Positions 1 to 13,961 of a stretch of 64,000 bases of DNA are shown here, one piece after another; the stretch's first letter is position 1, and every line of letters starts with the position of its first letter. The notes under the pieces are model-generated. The model saw only the letters and a list, made by a program, of their open reading frames with translations, was not told the DNA's origin and searched no databases. Origin of the DNA: Octopus sinensis (Eukaryota); the NCBI RefSeq assembly GCF_006345805.1, contig NC_043006.1:20274001-20338000 (forward strand), in the 5' to 3' direction. The position numbers and the translations under genes were made by a program.

Positions 1-282
1 TATATATATATATCTCACCATCATTTAGCATCTGTTTCCTATGCTGATGTGGGTTTGACTAGAACTGGTAAGCCATAGAGCTGTACCTGACTCATCTGAT
101 TTTAGCTTGGTTTCTTCAGCTGGGTGTCTTTCGTAATGCCAACCACTCCAAGAGTAGTGGGTGCTTTTTGTGTATCGTAGCTGCTTTGTATATATGTAAA
201 TCAGTTTAACATGTGAACTAGGGTTACAAAGGTGTGTTGAAAAAATCTTCTCACTTCTTTTAAGTAGTTTGTACTCTGATTA

Positions 283-809
283 CAAGGTCTGATCAAAAAG
301 TATCAGGACTATTGCTATGGTAACAGAGCCAAAGTATGCAGAGTGATTCTGCACAGATTGACACACTAGATGATAATGTTCTCGCTCACTTTCATTGTTT
401 ATAGCAATGCTTGGAAGTAAAGTGTGTAGCGTGTAGTCATCTCAAAAAGATTGGATTTTAACTGCTCAGGATTTTTGTGACTGCATCAAGGATGACAAAT
501 AAAAAAAAAAAATTTTGAAAATGGTCATAACAGGTGATGTATCATGTATCGATGGCTATGACCCCCAAAGGCAAAAATCAAATCCCACTTGAAAACAACA
601 AGATTTCTAGATGTTCACTAAATTCAAGAGAATGCAATGAGGCAGCTGCTTGCTACCCGAAAACAGGAGTTCCAGGTATGTTTCCATCAATAGAAATTAC
701 GCTGGATAAAGTGTGTGGCTTTAGAAGGGGACTACTTTGAAGGCGATTAAATATGTGCTATAGCTTTCTTTTTATAGCACCAGTCCCTATATTCTTTGAT
801 CAGACCTTG
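283..809 (+). mobile_element. Internally deleted, decayed Tc1/mariner DNA transposon
   Basis: ~36-bp imperfect TIRs (caaggtctgatcaaa...) with TA on both sides (281-282, 810-811). Internal remnants read VITGDVSCIDGYDP (mariner ITGDExWxYxYDP-like) and RWIKCVALEGDYFEG (mariner C-terminus). Confidence 0.85.
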
Positions 810-1260
810 TATGTTTTAGCTATGAATAGCACCTGTACTTTTGGGTCCCATATACACTAGCACTCGGTGAACGAAAGATTGAGTTTCTGCTCTCATTATA
901 CTGTTTTTCACACGTGCAGAGATGGCTAAGAATTTTGCTTTGCTTTGTGACCACATGGTTTTGGGTTCAGCCCTACAGCACAGCAATTTGGGCTTGTGTC
1001 TTCTGCAGCCCTTGGTCAACTAATTACCTTGTGAGTGGGTTTGGTAAATGGAAACTGTGGAAGCTCATTACACATGTGGATGTGTGCGAGTGTATTTGTG
1101 TTACAACTGGTATAGGGCTATTTTTGTTATAGTGACTTAGCAGTTTGGCAAAACAAGAGACCAGCAGAATGTGCCAGACTTAAAATTTGTGCTAGGATCA
1201 ATTGTTTGACTAACTAGCATGTAAAAAGAATATGCATATACGTGTATGAGTAGGTGTTTT

Positions 1261-1652
1261 ACTCTTTTACTTGTTTCAGTCATTTGACTGTGGCCATGCT
1301 GGAGCACTGCCTTTAGTCGAGCAAATCGCCCCCAGGACTTATTCTTTGTAAGCCCAGTACTTATTCTATCGGTCTCTTTTGCCGAACCGCTAAGTGACGG
1401 GGATGTAAACACACCAGCATCGGTTGTCAAGCAATGCTAGGGGGACAAACACAGACACACAAACACACACACGCATATATATACATATATACGACGGGCT
1501 TCTTTCAGTTTCCGTCTATCAAATCCACTCACAAGGCATTGGTTGGCCCGAGGCTATAGCAGAAGACACTTGCCCAAGATGCCACGCAGTGGGACTGAAC
1601 CCAGAACCATGGGGTTGGTAGGCAAGCTACTTACCACACAGCCACTCCTGCT
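1261..1652 (-). mobile_element. SINE family A, full-length copy in the RAD23 intron
   Basis: tRNA-like head with A box (TGGCTGTGTGG) and B box (GGTTCAGTCCC), CORE-like CTTGGGCAAGT, central (TA/TG)n, 3' part ending in stem-loop plus (AAAAGAGT)n tail. Many near-identical copies in the window. Confidence 0.9.
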
Positions 1653-1730
1653 CAGGCAGGGGGTGGTGGCGACCCCTGTTGTACTCTTTTGCCCCAACTT
1701 TCTCTCACTCTTTCTTCCTGTTTCTTGAGT
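1653..1730 (+). mobile_element. SINE family E body fragment
   Basis: ggcagggggtggtggcgacccctgttgtactc...ctctcactctttcttcctgtttcttg matches the body of the copies at 20263-20505 and 30305-30672. Confidence 0.7.
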
Positions 1731-1834
1731 ATAAAATCTGAAGAAATTTGTTATATGTACCAATGTTGTGATGTTAGTTCTTTTCCAGTGTTGTTTTATT
1801 ACATCCTTTTTTTTTTTTTTTTTCTTTGGAACAG

Positions 1835-1960
1835 TTGAAAGCTTTAGGATTTCCTGAAGGAATGTGTATTCAAGCTTATTTTGCCTGTGAGAAGAATGAA
1901 GAGCTGGCTGCTAATTTTCTCTTGTCCCAAAATTTTGAGGAAGACGAGCAACAAAGTTGA
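1835..1960 (+). CDS. RAD23: Last coding exon of RAD23 (UV excision repair / ubiquitin receptor), C-terminal UBA domain
   Basis: Long poly-T tract plus ACAG acceptor (AG 1833-1834), phase 0. Translates [41 protein letters not shown], matching the RAD23 C-terminus ([26 protein letters not shown]). Confidence 0.96.
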   Translation: MKALGFPEGMCIQAYFACEKNEELAANFLLSQNFEEDEQQS

Positions 1961-2229
1961 TCTAGATGTTGATAATGGACAATGACAATTGCTGCCCTCT
2001 TCACAGATTCCTACTGATGTATTCTGCTATGTATATCTATATAAATATGTATACATATATATCCTTCTCCTGATGTTGGGATGCCAATCCTACATCAGTG
2101 CAGTTTGATAGGGGGAGGGGAGTGAGCAGCCTGTCTAATTACTGGCTGCCCGCTCGTCCTTTTTTATGGCATCTTTTGTCAACTATTCAAATTTCTAAAG
2201 CAGTTTCAAAGGAAATTAAATATGCAATA

Positions 2230-2265
<36 letters not shown>

Positions 2266-2387
2266 CGTATATGTGTGTGTATATACATATATATATGTGT
2301 GTATATATATGTATGTATATATATATGTGTGTGTATATACATATATATATGTGTGTATATATATGTATGTATATATATATATGTATG

Positions 2388-2418
<31 letters not shown>

Positions 2419-3757
2419 CTATATATATATATGGAAGAAAAAAATGAATACAACAAAAAAGTCTGCAATTCAAGCCATGAAGAAGATAGGACAGATTGCA
2501 AAAAAGTGATAATCTTTTTAAAGATTTAGAAGAAATGATAAACTAAAGAATTTTAAAAATCTCTCTTTATTTCTCTTTCACTCTTCCTCTCTCTCTCTCT
2601 CACTCCTTTTCTGTTTGGTTTTTTTTTTTTCCTTCCTCATTTTTTTTTTCTCGTTCTCTCTCAGCCCCCCCCCCCCAGTCTTTTTTGCCCACAAGTTAAT
2701 GTTTTTTTTTATTTGTTTTTTTTTTTTTATGAAATAAAAAGGGGAAGAAAATAATAATTGTGATGAGGAATTAATGATATTTATAATGAAATAAATGATT
2801 TTGATGATAATATTTGCTGATGATATTCTAGTTTGAAACAAACAGAACTCTTCCAGAATTGGACCTAGAATTCTTAAAAGATTGTCTAAATTCTGTATAA
2901 CCTGCTATTGGATGGAAGCCACAGCGCTCCATTTTTTTTATTACAATTTTTTGTTTTGTTTCTTGGGTGATTTGTTAATTAACTGTGTCTCCTTTTATTG
3001 TACAGTGTTGTCTTGATTAGTTTTTAGTGGTGAACAACTTACACTATAACTAATCATTTCAACAGTTCCTTGCAAATTTTTTTTTTTTTTTGTAGTATTC
3101 AATATTTTGCATAATTTTTTTTTGTTTTGCATTGTTAACCCATTCTGTTGTTTCAATGAAGTTTGCTGGTCATCACAAGTAGATACCTTGACATTCACCT
3201 TCCTAAGCAAGCAGATTCTCTCTCTTGTTGCTGTTTTATATCTTCTATACTATTTTGTATTTTTTCTTAGTCATCTATGGGACAGTACTGAGTTGGTTAA
3301 ATACAGCTATGTCAATGGAGTTGTCACACTAGTCTTCACTATGCATTGACATTTGGATCCTTATAAATTATTCACTTCTCCAATTTATTCCACGGATGCC
3401 TATAAAGATAAGTTGATTATTACAGTAGTGGTCCCCATGCTATCAACTTGGATCAGTTATCAAAACTGTAGATCCAATAAAATGTCTTGAAAGTAGTTCG
3501 TATATTGGTCTCCACTTTAGAAGTATTCCAAGTTGATTACAGATAAAGGTGAAGTAACAATATAATAGCTAAAATTAAACAGTTGTATTTGGCAAAACAA
3601 AAGATTCTAAGCACACTTTGTTATCAGAATTAACATTGCAGTTATGTCGTTAAAGAAAGGGGCACAGGATCATGAGATAAATCACTTAGTAACCTGTTTA
3701 CTTTTTCTGTGAACCCTACCAACACCATTATTGTTATCATTATCATCATCATCATCA

Positions 3758-3791
<34 letters not shown>

Positions 3792-5110
3792 GGTGATGAG
3801 ATGGCAGAATCATTAGCATGCTGGATATGAAATGCTTAGCGGTATTTCACCTGTCTTTATGTTCTGAGTTCAAATTCCACTGCGGTCGACTTTGCCTGTC
3901 ATCCTTTGGGGGGTTCGATAAATTAAGTACCAGTTGAGTACTGGAGACAATGTAATCAACTACCCCCCCTTCCTACTACACAATTTGAGGCCTTGTGCTT
4001 TGAATAGAAAGGATTATTATTATTATTCAAACAGTGAGCTGGCAGAATTGTTAGAACACCAGAAAAAAAAAAAATGCTTTATTTTTTTTTTTATTTTTAC
4101 AGTTCTTTATTCTGAGTTTAAACCCCTCTGTGGTCAACTTTGCTCTTCGTCTCTCAAGGGTTGATAGTACTGACTAATCCCTTCCTTCCCAAAATTGTTA
4201 GCAGTTATTGTTATTAAGGTGGCAAGCTGACAGGATTATTAGCATATTCAGCAAAACGCTTAGTGTCAGTTCTTCTGGCTTTTTATGTTCTGAGTTCAAA
4301 TGCCACCGATGTACTTTGCCTTTCAGTTTGTTTTTTTTTGACACTTAAGAATTTATTGAACACGGGTCCAGTGTAATCTGATGGACCTATCCTCAGAAAT
4401 TGCTAGCCTTGTGCCAGAAATTTGAAACCATTCTTATCCATAGTAGTAGCAGTAGTACTTTTGGAAGCAGTGATGCAGTGTAAAGGGCCTACCTGACTTT
4501 TGTTGTTTATTTGTCAGTGTCCCTCAGCATTAGGGAGTTGGACGGGGTCGGGGGGAGATCAGCTTTCAAGTTGTACTATAATCTGTTTCAGCTCTTGAAT
4601 CAGCTCTTCTCTTAATCACTGACTTTCCTCGTTAACCATTTTGGTGACTTGATTACTCTATCAACAAACACTCTCTTCTCTCTTTTGGGGTTCAGAGCAG
4701 GTTTTCGTCCTCTCTCTCTCTCTCTCTCTTTGATTATTAACATTACATCAGTAATTGTTTTCCCTCTTTAACAAATGGCTAATTATCATTATTTTTTTTT
4801 TTTAATTCATTAATTTGACTAATATTTTTGTGCTTTTATTGTCTATTATTTTTTGTGTTTTAATTTTTTTTTACTTGTTTCTGTTGGTTTTAGTCAGGTT
4901 TTTTTTTTTTCTTAGCAAACTGAATAAACACATTTGATAGTTCATGTGTTTGTGCCCTGCATCTGTCTGTTTGTCTGTCTGTCTGTTAGTGTTCTAAGCA
5001 ACATGATGAAATGGGGAAGGGGTCTTGACTGTCACATGAATCTAAAACCATTTTAAAGATGTTTCTCAACTTTGTTATTTTACATTATAAAACTTACACA
5101 AAAATTTGTG

Positions 5111-5144
<34 letters not shown>

Positions 5145-5570
5145 TGGTGATGTTGAAAGTTGACTAGAAGAAAAAAAGGCTTTTTTTTACTGTCATATAA
5201 AGGAAACCATTTTGGCCTTTTTGTATTGGTTGATACAAGAAATTTGTCTTATGAATGAGTTTATGTGGATGGTCTTGTAGTGTGCTGGGTTACCCCTCTG
5301 TGTGTGTGTGTTTGTACTTATTTCTCAGATTGGATGTCTCAAGCCAACAAATTGACTCTTTAGAGAATTAATTCCCTGCTGCTTTTATTCTTTGTGATAG
5401 TTGCTCAGTTATTCAACTCTTTTGATGCTGACCTGCTTAATACAGGTGTTGGTTCTATAATACAGATTCCCTATTTGGAAGCCATCTAAATTAAAACCTG
5501 CCCTCAACATTTTATGCTAAATAGGCTTCCAATCAACCAACTTCATAATGGCAGTTTATTTTAATAAAAT
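1961..5570 (+). other. RAD23: Putative RAD23 3' UTR with several possible poly(A) signals
   Basis: Follows the stop codon and is U-rich. AATAAA at 2733, 2789, 3476, 4923 and 5563. The true end cannot be determined from sequence. Confidence 0.4.
2225..2432. repeat. (TA)n/(TG)n compound microsatellite
   Basis: Direct inspection. Confidence 0.95.
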
Positions 5571-8500
5571 TCATTATTTTCTAAATTAATTGAAATAAAA
5601 GCATTCAGATTCAGTGTTTGTATGGTGACAAATTTAATAGGTAATATATCTGAAATAGAAAAGAACCTTTAAACTTTTGAAAACTACAGCTTGGGCCGTA
5701 AACATTGTCAGGGATATTGAAATTGAACTAATTTTGTCTCAGAATAGTCTCAGGGCAGGTTGTTATCAAAATGGTTGAACCAAATTTTCTAATTAGTAAT
5801 TTCGTTATAAACATTAAAAAATTTTAAACTGTGAGGAGTTTAAATCTTGTTGGCGTGAACCTTTACCTTGTGTTCGTTTCCGTGTGTCTTTATTATGACC
5901 ACCACTATTGAAACCTGCTGTGACTCCATTACATCACAGTTAAGTGTGTTTGTGTTTTTTTTTACCTAGATGGGAAGTTTAGGCAAGCTTCTACACTCAG
6001 ATTAGGCTGCTTCCGGCATAAAAAACAGGATAATCTGTTCCTGTCACCAACCCTTATTTTGTGGTGAGGTGCACATTTAGTTAGTTATATAGTTGAGAAG
6101 CTTGCTTCCTAGCTCTGTAGTTTCAGGTTACTACTGCACAACACCTTAGGTAAGTGTTTTCTATAGGTGCAGATGTTGTTTTGCACTTGGTCCAACTGCA
6201 TAACACTTTAGGCAAGTGTCTTTTGCTATAACCCCAGGTTAACAAAAGTCTTATGATTGGCTAGAGACTGAAGAATATGTTGTATACATATATTTATATA
6301 TGATATATATATATATGTGTGTGTTTGAATGTATTGTTGTCTTGACATCACATGATGGTTTTGATGAAGCATCACAGTCATAAAAAGCAGTGCTCATTTC
6401 CAGTCCTCTGTAAAAAGAAAAGAAAAAAAAATACTTGGTTATGGGGAGATAATACCTTGGAAACAAGAAGGTCAGAATTTCTGCCTCAGGGAATTGTATC
6501 TGACCTATGCAAGCATGAAAAGTGGGCATTAAAAAAATGGTGAATGATGGGGGAAAAAAAAAAATTGATGATCTTTGAAAGTACAGAGGGACCAGTCACA
6601 ATGTGCACAGACTGTGATGTCAATGTCGTCAAACACACGTCTGGGTTTCCTACAGTTTCTCTCTACCAAATTCAGTCAGAATGTTTTGGTTGGCTCTCAA
6701 GGCTTGAGTAGAAGACTCTTGCCGAAGGTGCTATGCAGTGGAACTGAACTCCAACCCACATAGCTGCAAGGTGAAACCTACAACCATGCCTAAAAATGAT
6801 GTTGCTTATTTATAAAAGCACATTTCCCCCCCATCGATTTATGTGTATTCTATAGCTTACTTCCAACACCAGCTGCTGACTAGACATGGCTGTAAATAGT
6901 GGAACCACAAAATAACCAAGACAAAATTACTGTTTTCATGAAACTCAGCAGGTAAGATAATCAAGCTTCCAGTTTCATTGTCCTAAGTTGAAGCTCACTA
7001 CAGGTGTTTTGTGATTTATCTGTTGTTTCTCACCTGTTAAGAGAAACATAAGTATTGGTATCTTGAAGATTTCTGACAGATCTGATCACCCTAGCTGAAA
7101 CAAATCACTTTCAAATATTTGTGTTGAACAGTTCAGTTCAGTTCTGAAGGTTTTGACAAATCCCTTTTCTTTTTTCTCCCACTCCCCTAAAACTGCTACA
7201 AACTTGGAAAAATAAAATTAAAAACTGACAATGGTAGCATCTTGTCATGAGATCTGCTTGTTCTCTCTACTATAACTATTCTGTTCTCTCGTTTCTAGCT
7301 ATCCTTTGTTGCACTGAAAACTTTAAGGATCTTATTTTCTTAAGTTCTCAATTATGACAAACCTAAAATCTTAATGGTTCAAATCTTTTAATAAATTCAA
7401 GAGTTGAAGAGAACATTTTAAATAATTTTTCTTTTTTTTTTTTTTGTTGCATGTTGCTGTCATTGTTTTTCTTTAAACCCATTCCGTTTTCTTTTTAAAT
7501 AATGATTTTGACAAAACACAAGACCATTTCCTCTTTAACCCCCCCTCCAACTTCCTTCCAACAAGAAAGAACAAGCTGATTCGGTTAATGTCAGTTGTGT
7601 ACTTGTTTGTTCATTTGTTTCATGTCCATTTCCCAATGCTGGTATGAGTTGGGTGGATACTTATTTAAAGCATATTTTACAACCTGATGTACTTGTTTTT
7701 TTTTCTTTTTTGGTTTTTTTTTTTAATTAATGAATTGCTACTCTCTCTCTTGCATTCACCTTGTACCTTGTGTACACATCCTGACACCTCATCACCACCA
7801 TCTTTCCTCTATTTCCAGCTGAGATAGCCATAATTCTTCTCTACAACAAGACACATGTTCCTGCCCCTCTATGAAACTTAAACCTCTCAACGCCGCCTGG
7901 CATAAAGCCACCCCTTCAATACCTCGTCTCCCCCTCCCCTCCCCTCATCACACACACACACACACACTGAATTGAGGGATCTTGTCTTGCAAGTTACTTG
8001 GTGATCTCACTAGTACCAGTGCTACAGAACAAAAAAAGCACCCAATACATACACACAGTAAACAAGTTGGCAATTGGACGGGTCCCACCTAGCCATCGAA
8101 ACCAAACCAAAATGACATGTACCAGTGACATGGAATGAGAAAGGACTTGGATCATCATAACTTGTCCAGTTCCATACCTGTGTAGAAAGTAGGTATAAAA
8201 CACTGGCACTTATAGCACTGGAAGTATTTCTGGTGATAATTTGTCCAAGACTTAATTAAAAGATTGTTTGATATTTATAGTAAAAACCTATAGTCTTAAT
8301 AATATCTTTAGTTACAGGTTTTCCAAGTGCTGAACATTGGCTCCTTGCATTTGTGGCAGTGACTGTACGAAGTTCAAATATGGTAAGGGGCTTTGCTCAA
8401 TGGGAACCAACTTTCTCATTGATGCTTACATCATTTGGTGAAAAAGACACACACACACACGTTTTTGTACAGTTCTGCTCACTAAATTTCATTGACAAGG

Positions 8501-8629
8501 GATTGGTTAACCCTTCAGCATTCAGATCTCTCTGTCAAATAGAATGCTTATTTGTTCACTCATTGTTTTAAATTAGTCATAGCATTGACATTTTGACAAT
8601 GTGATTTTCTTTTTAGAATGACATTGTGC

Positions 8630-8816
8630 GGGTGGCACGTAAAAAGCACCCACTACACTCACGGAGCGGTTGGCGTTAGGAAGGGCTTCCAGCCGTAGAA
8701 ACACTGCCAGATCTGACTGGGCCTGATGCAACCTTCCGGCTTCACAGACCCCAGTTGAACCGTCCAACCCATGCTAGCATGGAAAACGGACGCTAAATGA
8801 TGATGATGATGATGAT
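8630..8816 (+). mobile_element. Retroposon family C, 5'-truncated copy
   Basis: Core ...ggttggcgttaggaagggc..., palindrome CCATGCTAGCATGG, (GAT)n tail. Confidence 0.85.
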
Positions 8817-9265
8817 TGTAGAGTGAGTGTGAAAGGCCAGTTCAGGCTGCTTTCGGCATAAAAACAGGTAGAATATTTGGGCCAGATATGGCCTGTTTAA
8901 ATGCTAAACTGTAAACTAGAGGCACTTAGAAGGCCATGGATGTACCGAATAGTAGAGATCTGTCTACTAAATTCCATTCCCAAGGGAATGATTAACTTGT
9001 AGTTAAAAGGTATGCTTGAACGATCTTGTCCAAGAGGTTTGTATAGTAGGATTGATCTGAAATTCTTACTCAGCCATACCTGCATCTCTTGGTTGACAAA
9101 GATTACCATGACTTCATTGGAGAATGTTTTTTCCAGTTCCATATATTCATGAAGACAGTGCAGGTTTTGTGTGTTAACATGGACCATTTTGATAAGGACT
9201 CACCTGAGGTTGACCTTAGTTCTAAGGTCCAAACTTCCTGTTTTAAAATGATCAAAATTTGTTAA

Positions 9266-9629
9266 TCTCTCTCTATATAAACGGCAGTTTGTCTGTGTGT
9301 GTCTGTTAGGTTGTACCCTCACCCTGACCACGGCTTTCAACCGATTCTGATGAAACTTGACACACTCATAGCCCAATGTCATAATTCAAAACTAACGCAG
9401 GGAAAATTTTGAAAAGTTCCCCCAGTTCTGAAAGAAATCGATAAATTCGACATGGGGTCGAGAATCAGAAACACAAACCACAGACTGTCATGGGGACGCA
9501 ACTCGACCTTTTTAACTCTCAAAAAAAATTTACCATCATTTTTTTTTCCATTTTTTGGCTATAACTCTCTAAAAATGCTTTATAGTTATTTCCCTTACAA
9601 ACCCGAGCAACGCCGGGCGATACTGCTAG
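9266..9629 (+). mobile_element. Non-autonomous Helitron-like element (364 bp)
   Basis: Starts TC after a host A and ends CTAG before a host T. GC-rich subterminal hairpin cccgagcaacgccggg (9602-9617) lies 8 nt upstream of CTAG. No TSD. Confidence 0.8.
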
Positions 9630-9972
9630 TTTGTTATAAACATCAGCTTATTAATGAGTTATTTTACTTAATTCTTCATTTATAGCCTTGGGCTAACCAA
9701 AGCCTTTTTAGTGGATTTGGTAGACAGAAACTGAAAGAAGCCTGTCATATATAATACATGTATCTGTGTTTGTCCTCCCCCACCACTGCCTGACAAACAG
9801 TGCTGATGTATTTATATCTCCATAAGTTTGCAATTTGTCCAAAGAGACTGATAGAATAAGTACCAGGCTTAAAAAAATATGTACTGGGGTCATTTCGTCC
9901 AATTAAAAACTCATAGAGTTGGTGCTCCAGCATGACCACAGTCGAAAGATTAAAAAAAAATTCATGGTTGTA

Positions 9973-10341
9973 GGCACAGGAGTGGCTGTGTGGTAAGTAG
10001 CTTGCTAACCAACCACATGGTTCCGGGTTCAGTCCCACTGCGTGGCATCTTGGGCAAGTATCTTCTGCTATTGCCCCGGGCCGACCAATGCCTTGTGAGT
10101 GGATTTGGTAGACGGAAACTGAAAGAAGCCTGTCGTATATATGTATATATATATATATGCGTATGTGTGTTAGTGTGTCTGTGTTTGTCCCCCTAGCATT
10201 GCTTGACAACCGATGGTGGTGTGTTTACGTCCCCGTCACTTAGCGGTTCGGCAAAAGAATAAGTCCTGGGGTCGATTTGCTCGACTAAAGGCGGTGCACC
10301 AGCATGGCCGCAGTCAAATGACTGAAACAAGTAAAAAGAGT
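9973..10341 (+). mobile_element. SINE family A copy, followed by a second 5' half to ~10490
   Basis: Same head, CORE-like segment and tail, with an internal deletion in the 3' half. Confidence 0.85.
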
Positions 10342-10494
10342 TGTGTGGTAAGCAGCTTGCTTCCAACCACATTCTGGGTTCAGTCCCACTGCATTGCACC
10401 TTGGGCAAGTGTCTTCTACTATAGTCTCAGCCCAACCAAAGCCTTGGGAGGAGATTCAGTTAACAGAAGCTGAAAGAGGCTCATTGTATATATA

Positions 10495-10848
10495 TACTCT
10501 TTACTCTTTTACTTGTTTCAGTCATTTTGACTGCGGCCATGCTGGAGCACCGCCTTTTAGTCGAGCAAATTGACCCCAGGACTTATTCTATCGGTCTCTT
10601 TTGCCGAACCGCTAAGTGACGGGGACATAAACACACCAGCATCGGTTGTCAAGCAATGCTAGGGGGACAAACACAGACACACATACATATACATATATAC
10701 GACAGGTTTCCATCTACCAAACTCACTCACAAGGCATTGGTTGGCCCGGGGCTATAGCAGAAGACACTTGCCCAAGGTGCCACGCAGTGGGACTGAACCC
10801 GGAACCATGTGGTTGGTTAGCAAGCTACTTACCACGCAGCCACTCCTG
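10495..10848 (-). mobile_element. SINE family A copy
   Basis: Reverse complement of the family A sequence. Confidence 0.88.
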
Positions 10849-11475
10849 TAATTGTTCCTCCCCACCATCACTTGATGTTAGTGGTTCAGCAAATGTGACT
10901 GATAGAATAAGTCCTGGGGTCGATTTCTTCAACTAAAAAAAAAAAATAGCCTTTAAGGCAGTGCTCCAGCATGGCTGCAGTCAAATGACTGAAACAAGTA
11001 AAAGAATGAAAGAATATTTTCAGAATACTACTGTCATTGGTTTATGTCTACTTTCCCATGCATTTTCTGGACAGAAATTGTTGAGGCAGATTTTCTTTGA
11101 CTGGATATATCAATCCTTACCTTTTTCAAATAACATGATATTTCCCCATGGCCAGGTGTTTTCATGGAAGATTAGGAACAAAAGACCGCTACAGGTACAG
11201 CAATGATGCATGTTTACAACTATTGTGTGATGTTAAGACAAGGAGACAGTATCTCTCACACCCACATGTACTATGGGCTGCTTTTTGTCTACGAGATCCA
11301 TTCACAAGGTTGTAATTAGGCTGGGGCTGTAGTAGAAGATACTCACCCAGGTGCTGTACAGTGGCTGAACTTGGACCCATGTAGTAAGGAAGTATATTTC
11401 TTAAGCATACCTGGACCTGCTTTAGTGAAGTTTATTGACTGCAACACAAAATACTAAATATTTTAATGCACTTAA

Positions 11476-11696
11476 CCCTTTAGTGTTTAAACCGGCCAAA
11501 TCCAGCCCAATATATTCTACATGTTTTCTATTTGAACTAGCCATATCTAGCCTCTCACACCTAACCTACATTGACATTCTAAAAATAAATATTCACATCA
11601 TTGAAACCTCAAAGCTATAAGATAATGCATGATTAATTCAAAACAATTTGAGTGAAAAAGCATTACATTTAACAGAGTAATCTGAACATTAAAGGG
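11476..11696. mobile_element. piggyBac-like MITE, family 1
   Basis: TTAA|CCCTTTA...TAAAGGG|TTAA. Related copies at ~8510-8910, ~13790-14390 (interrupted by SINE A), ~16260-16470, ~38415-38770, 39940-40144 and 58022-58230. Confidence 0.8.
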
Positions 11697-12039
11697 TTAA
11701 CTTTGTTCTTGAGGTGAGTGAAACATTGAAAAATAAACCTCTTTCTTGAAGAGAAAAATTGGGTATAAGAGGCATTAGATGTAGTGTGCAAGAGAGACTG
11801 CACTAGTATGGTCATGAGATGCATATGATAACAGCTGCATAAAGAAGTGTTGATCTAATTGTTAAAGGGTTAGACACAGGAAGACGCGGGACAGTGGTGA
11901 AATGTGATCTTTAGCTGATAAACCTCACAGAGAAGATGGCAAGTGACAGACTTCTGATGATTTGCTGTGCTTGAGAAGACACATCAAGCTAAGTGACTCG
12001 TGGTCATTACCAGTGACACACAAAAGAAAAAAAAACATA

Positions 12040-12190
12040 GGCGTAGGAGTGGCTGTGTGGTAAGTAGCTTGTTTACCAACCACATGGTTCCGGGTTCTGG
12101 CCCATTGGGCAAGTGTCTTCTACTATAGCCTCGGGCCGACCAAAGCCTTGTGAGTGGATTTGGTAGACAGAAACTGAAAGAAACCCGTCG

Positions 12191-12231
<41 letters not shown>

Positions 12232-12449
12232 GCATTTGTGTGTCTGTGTTTGTCCCCCTAGCATTGCTTGACAACCGATGCTGGTGTGTTTATGTCCCCG
12301 TTACTTAGCGGTTCGGCAAAAGAGACCGATAGAATAAGTACTGGGCTTACAAAAGAATAAGTCCCGGGGTCGATTTGCTCGATTAAAGGTGGTGCTCCAG
12401 CATAGCCACAGTCAAATGACTGAAACAAGTAAGTAAAGTAAAGTAAAGT
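12040..12449 (+). mobile_element. SINE family A, full-length copy
   Basis: Head, central (TA)n, 3' stem-loop, (AAGTA)n tail. Confidence 0.9.
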
Positions 12450-13130
12450 GCATTCTCTAAAGTGGTTGGCATTAGGAGAGACCAGGCCAAAACATGACTG
12501 GAGCTTGGTGCAGCTTTCCAGTTTAGTAGCCCTGGTCACTCTTAACACATACCAGCATGGAAAAATGATGTTGATTGCAACATGGCCATAAGGTTCCTGG
12601 TTCAGCCCTACAGCATGGCATGATGGACAAGTGTCTGTTGCCATAGTTTTAAGCCAACCTTTACCTTACTAGTGTAATTGGCTATATAGAAACTATATAA
12701 AGGGCTTGTCAGATTGATTGTAATTTAAAGGGCTGACTTTGTCACATTGATCCTAAATATTCTTGGTTGAAACTGACACATAGGGCCCATGCAAACATGG
12801 AAAAGTAGATGTTAAAACAATGATTATAAATTTGTTTTGAGTTCAAATTCCACTGAGGTCAGTATAATCAACTTAGCCCCTTCCCTAAAAATTACTGGCG
12901 TTGTATCTAAATGAGAAACCAGCAGATCTTTTCAACATCATTACCATTTAACATGTTTTCAATGCTGGCATATTTTATTCCAAGTTCAATTCCCACTAAG
13001 GCTAGCTTTGTCTTTTATCCCTCTGGGGGTCAATGTAACCAACTAAACCCCTTCCGTGAAAATTGCTAGCCTTGAATCTAAATTAGACACATTGATTATT
13101 TTGTTATATTTCTATTGAAATACACTGCTT

Positions 13131-13474
13131 TTACTCTTTTACTTGTTTCAGTCATTTGACTGCGGCCATGCTGGAGCACCGCCTCAAGTCGAGCAAATCG
13201 ACCCAGGGACCCATTCTTTGTAAGCCCAGTACTTATTCTATCGGTCTCCTTTGCTGAACCGCCTAGTGACGGGGACGCAAACACACCAGCATCGGTTGTC
13301 AAGCAATGCTAGGGGGACAAACACAGACACACAAACACACACACATACATATATATATATGACAGGCTTCTTTCAGTTTCCGTCTACCAAATCCACTCAC
13401 AAGGCATTGGTCGGCCCGGGGCTATACCATGTGGTTGGTTAGCAAGCTACTTACCACACAGCCGCTCCTGCGCC
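13131..13474 (-). mobile_element. SINE family A copy with internal deletion
   Basis: Reverse-complement match to family A. Confidence 0.85.
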
Positions 13475-13961
13475 TTTTGTTTCAGTCTATTTTGAAAATA
13501 TGAAAAATTTAGTAAAAATGACCTTATTAAGCTGGTGTAAGGCATTGAGAATCATTAGCACATTGGAGAAAATGCTTAGCGACATTTTGTTCTTTACATT
13601 TTCATTTCAAAATCCGCCAAGGTCAACTTTGCTTTTCATCCCTTCAGCATCAATAAAGTAAGTTCCAGTTGAGCACTGTGGTCGATGTAATCAACTCGCC
13701 TTCTGCCCTGAACTTGCTGGTCTTGTGCCAAAATTTGGAATCATTATTAAACTGGTGTTGGGATCATGAATTCTGTTGAAATGTTTTAATTTAAATGGGC
13801 CACATCTGGCCAAAATATTCTACCAGTTATATGTTCAAAATGGCCAGATCCAGCCTTTTACACTTACACTACAATGTCCATCTGAAAACGAGCAATCACA
13901 TCATCAAAATCTCGAGGTAATGCGAGATTAAGTCAAAACAGTATGAATATATAAGCATATA

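Noticed and set aside
2098-2529. Long Y/I/V/C-rich ORFs (also 40770-41237 and 47988-48323)
   Set aside because: Translations of (TA)n/(TG)n microsatellites, which lack stop codons by construction.
6856-6950. Possible non-coding exon (TATAG acceptor, CAG|GTAAGA donor)
   Set aside because: An isolated splice-like pair with no partner exons or coding signal, expected by chance.
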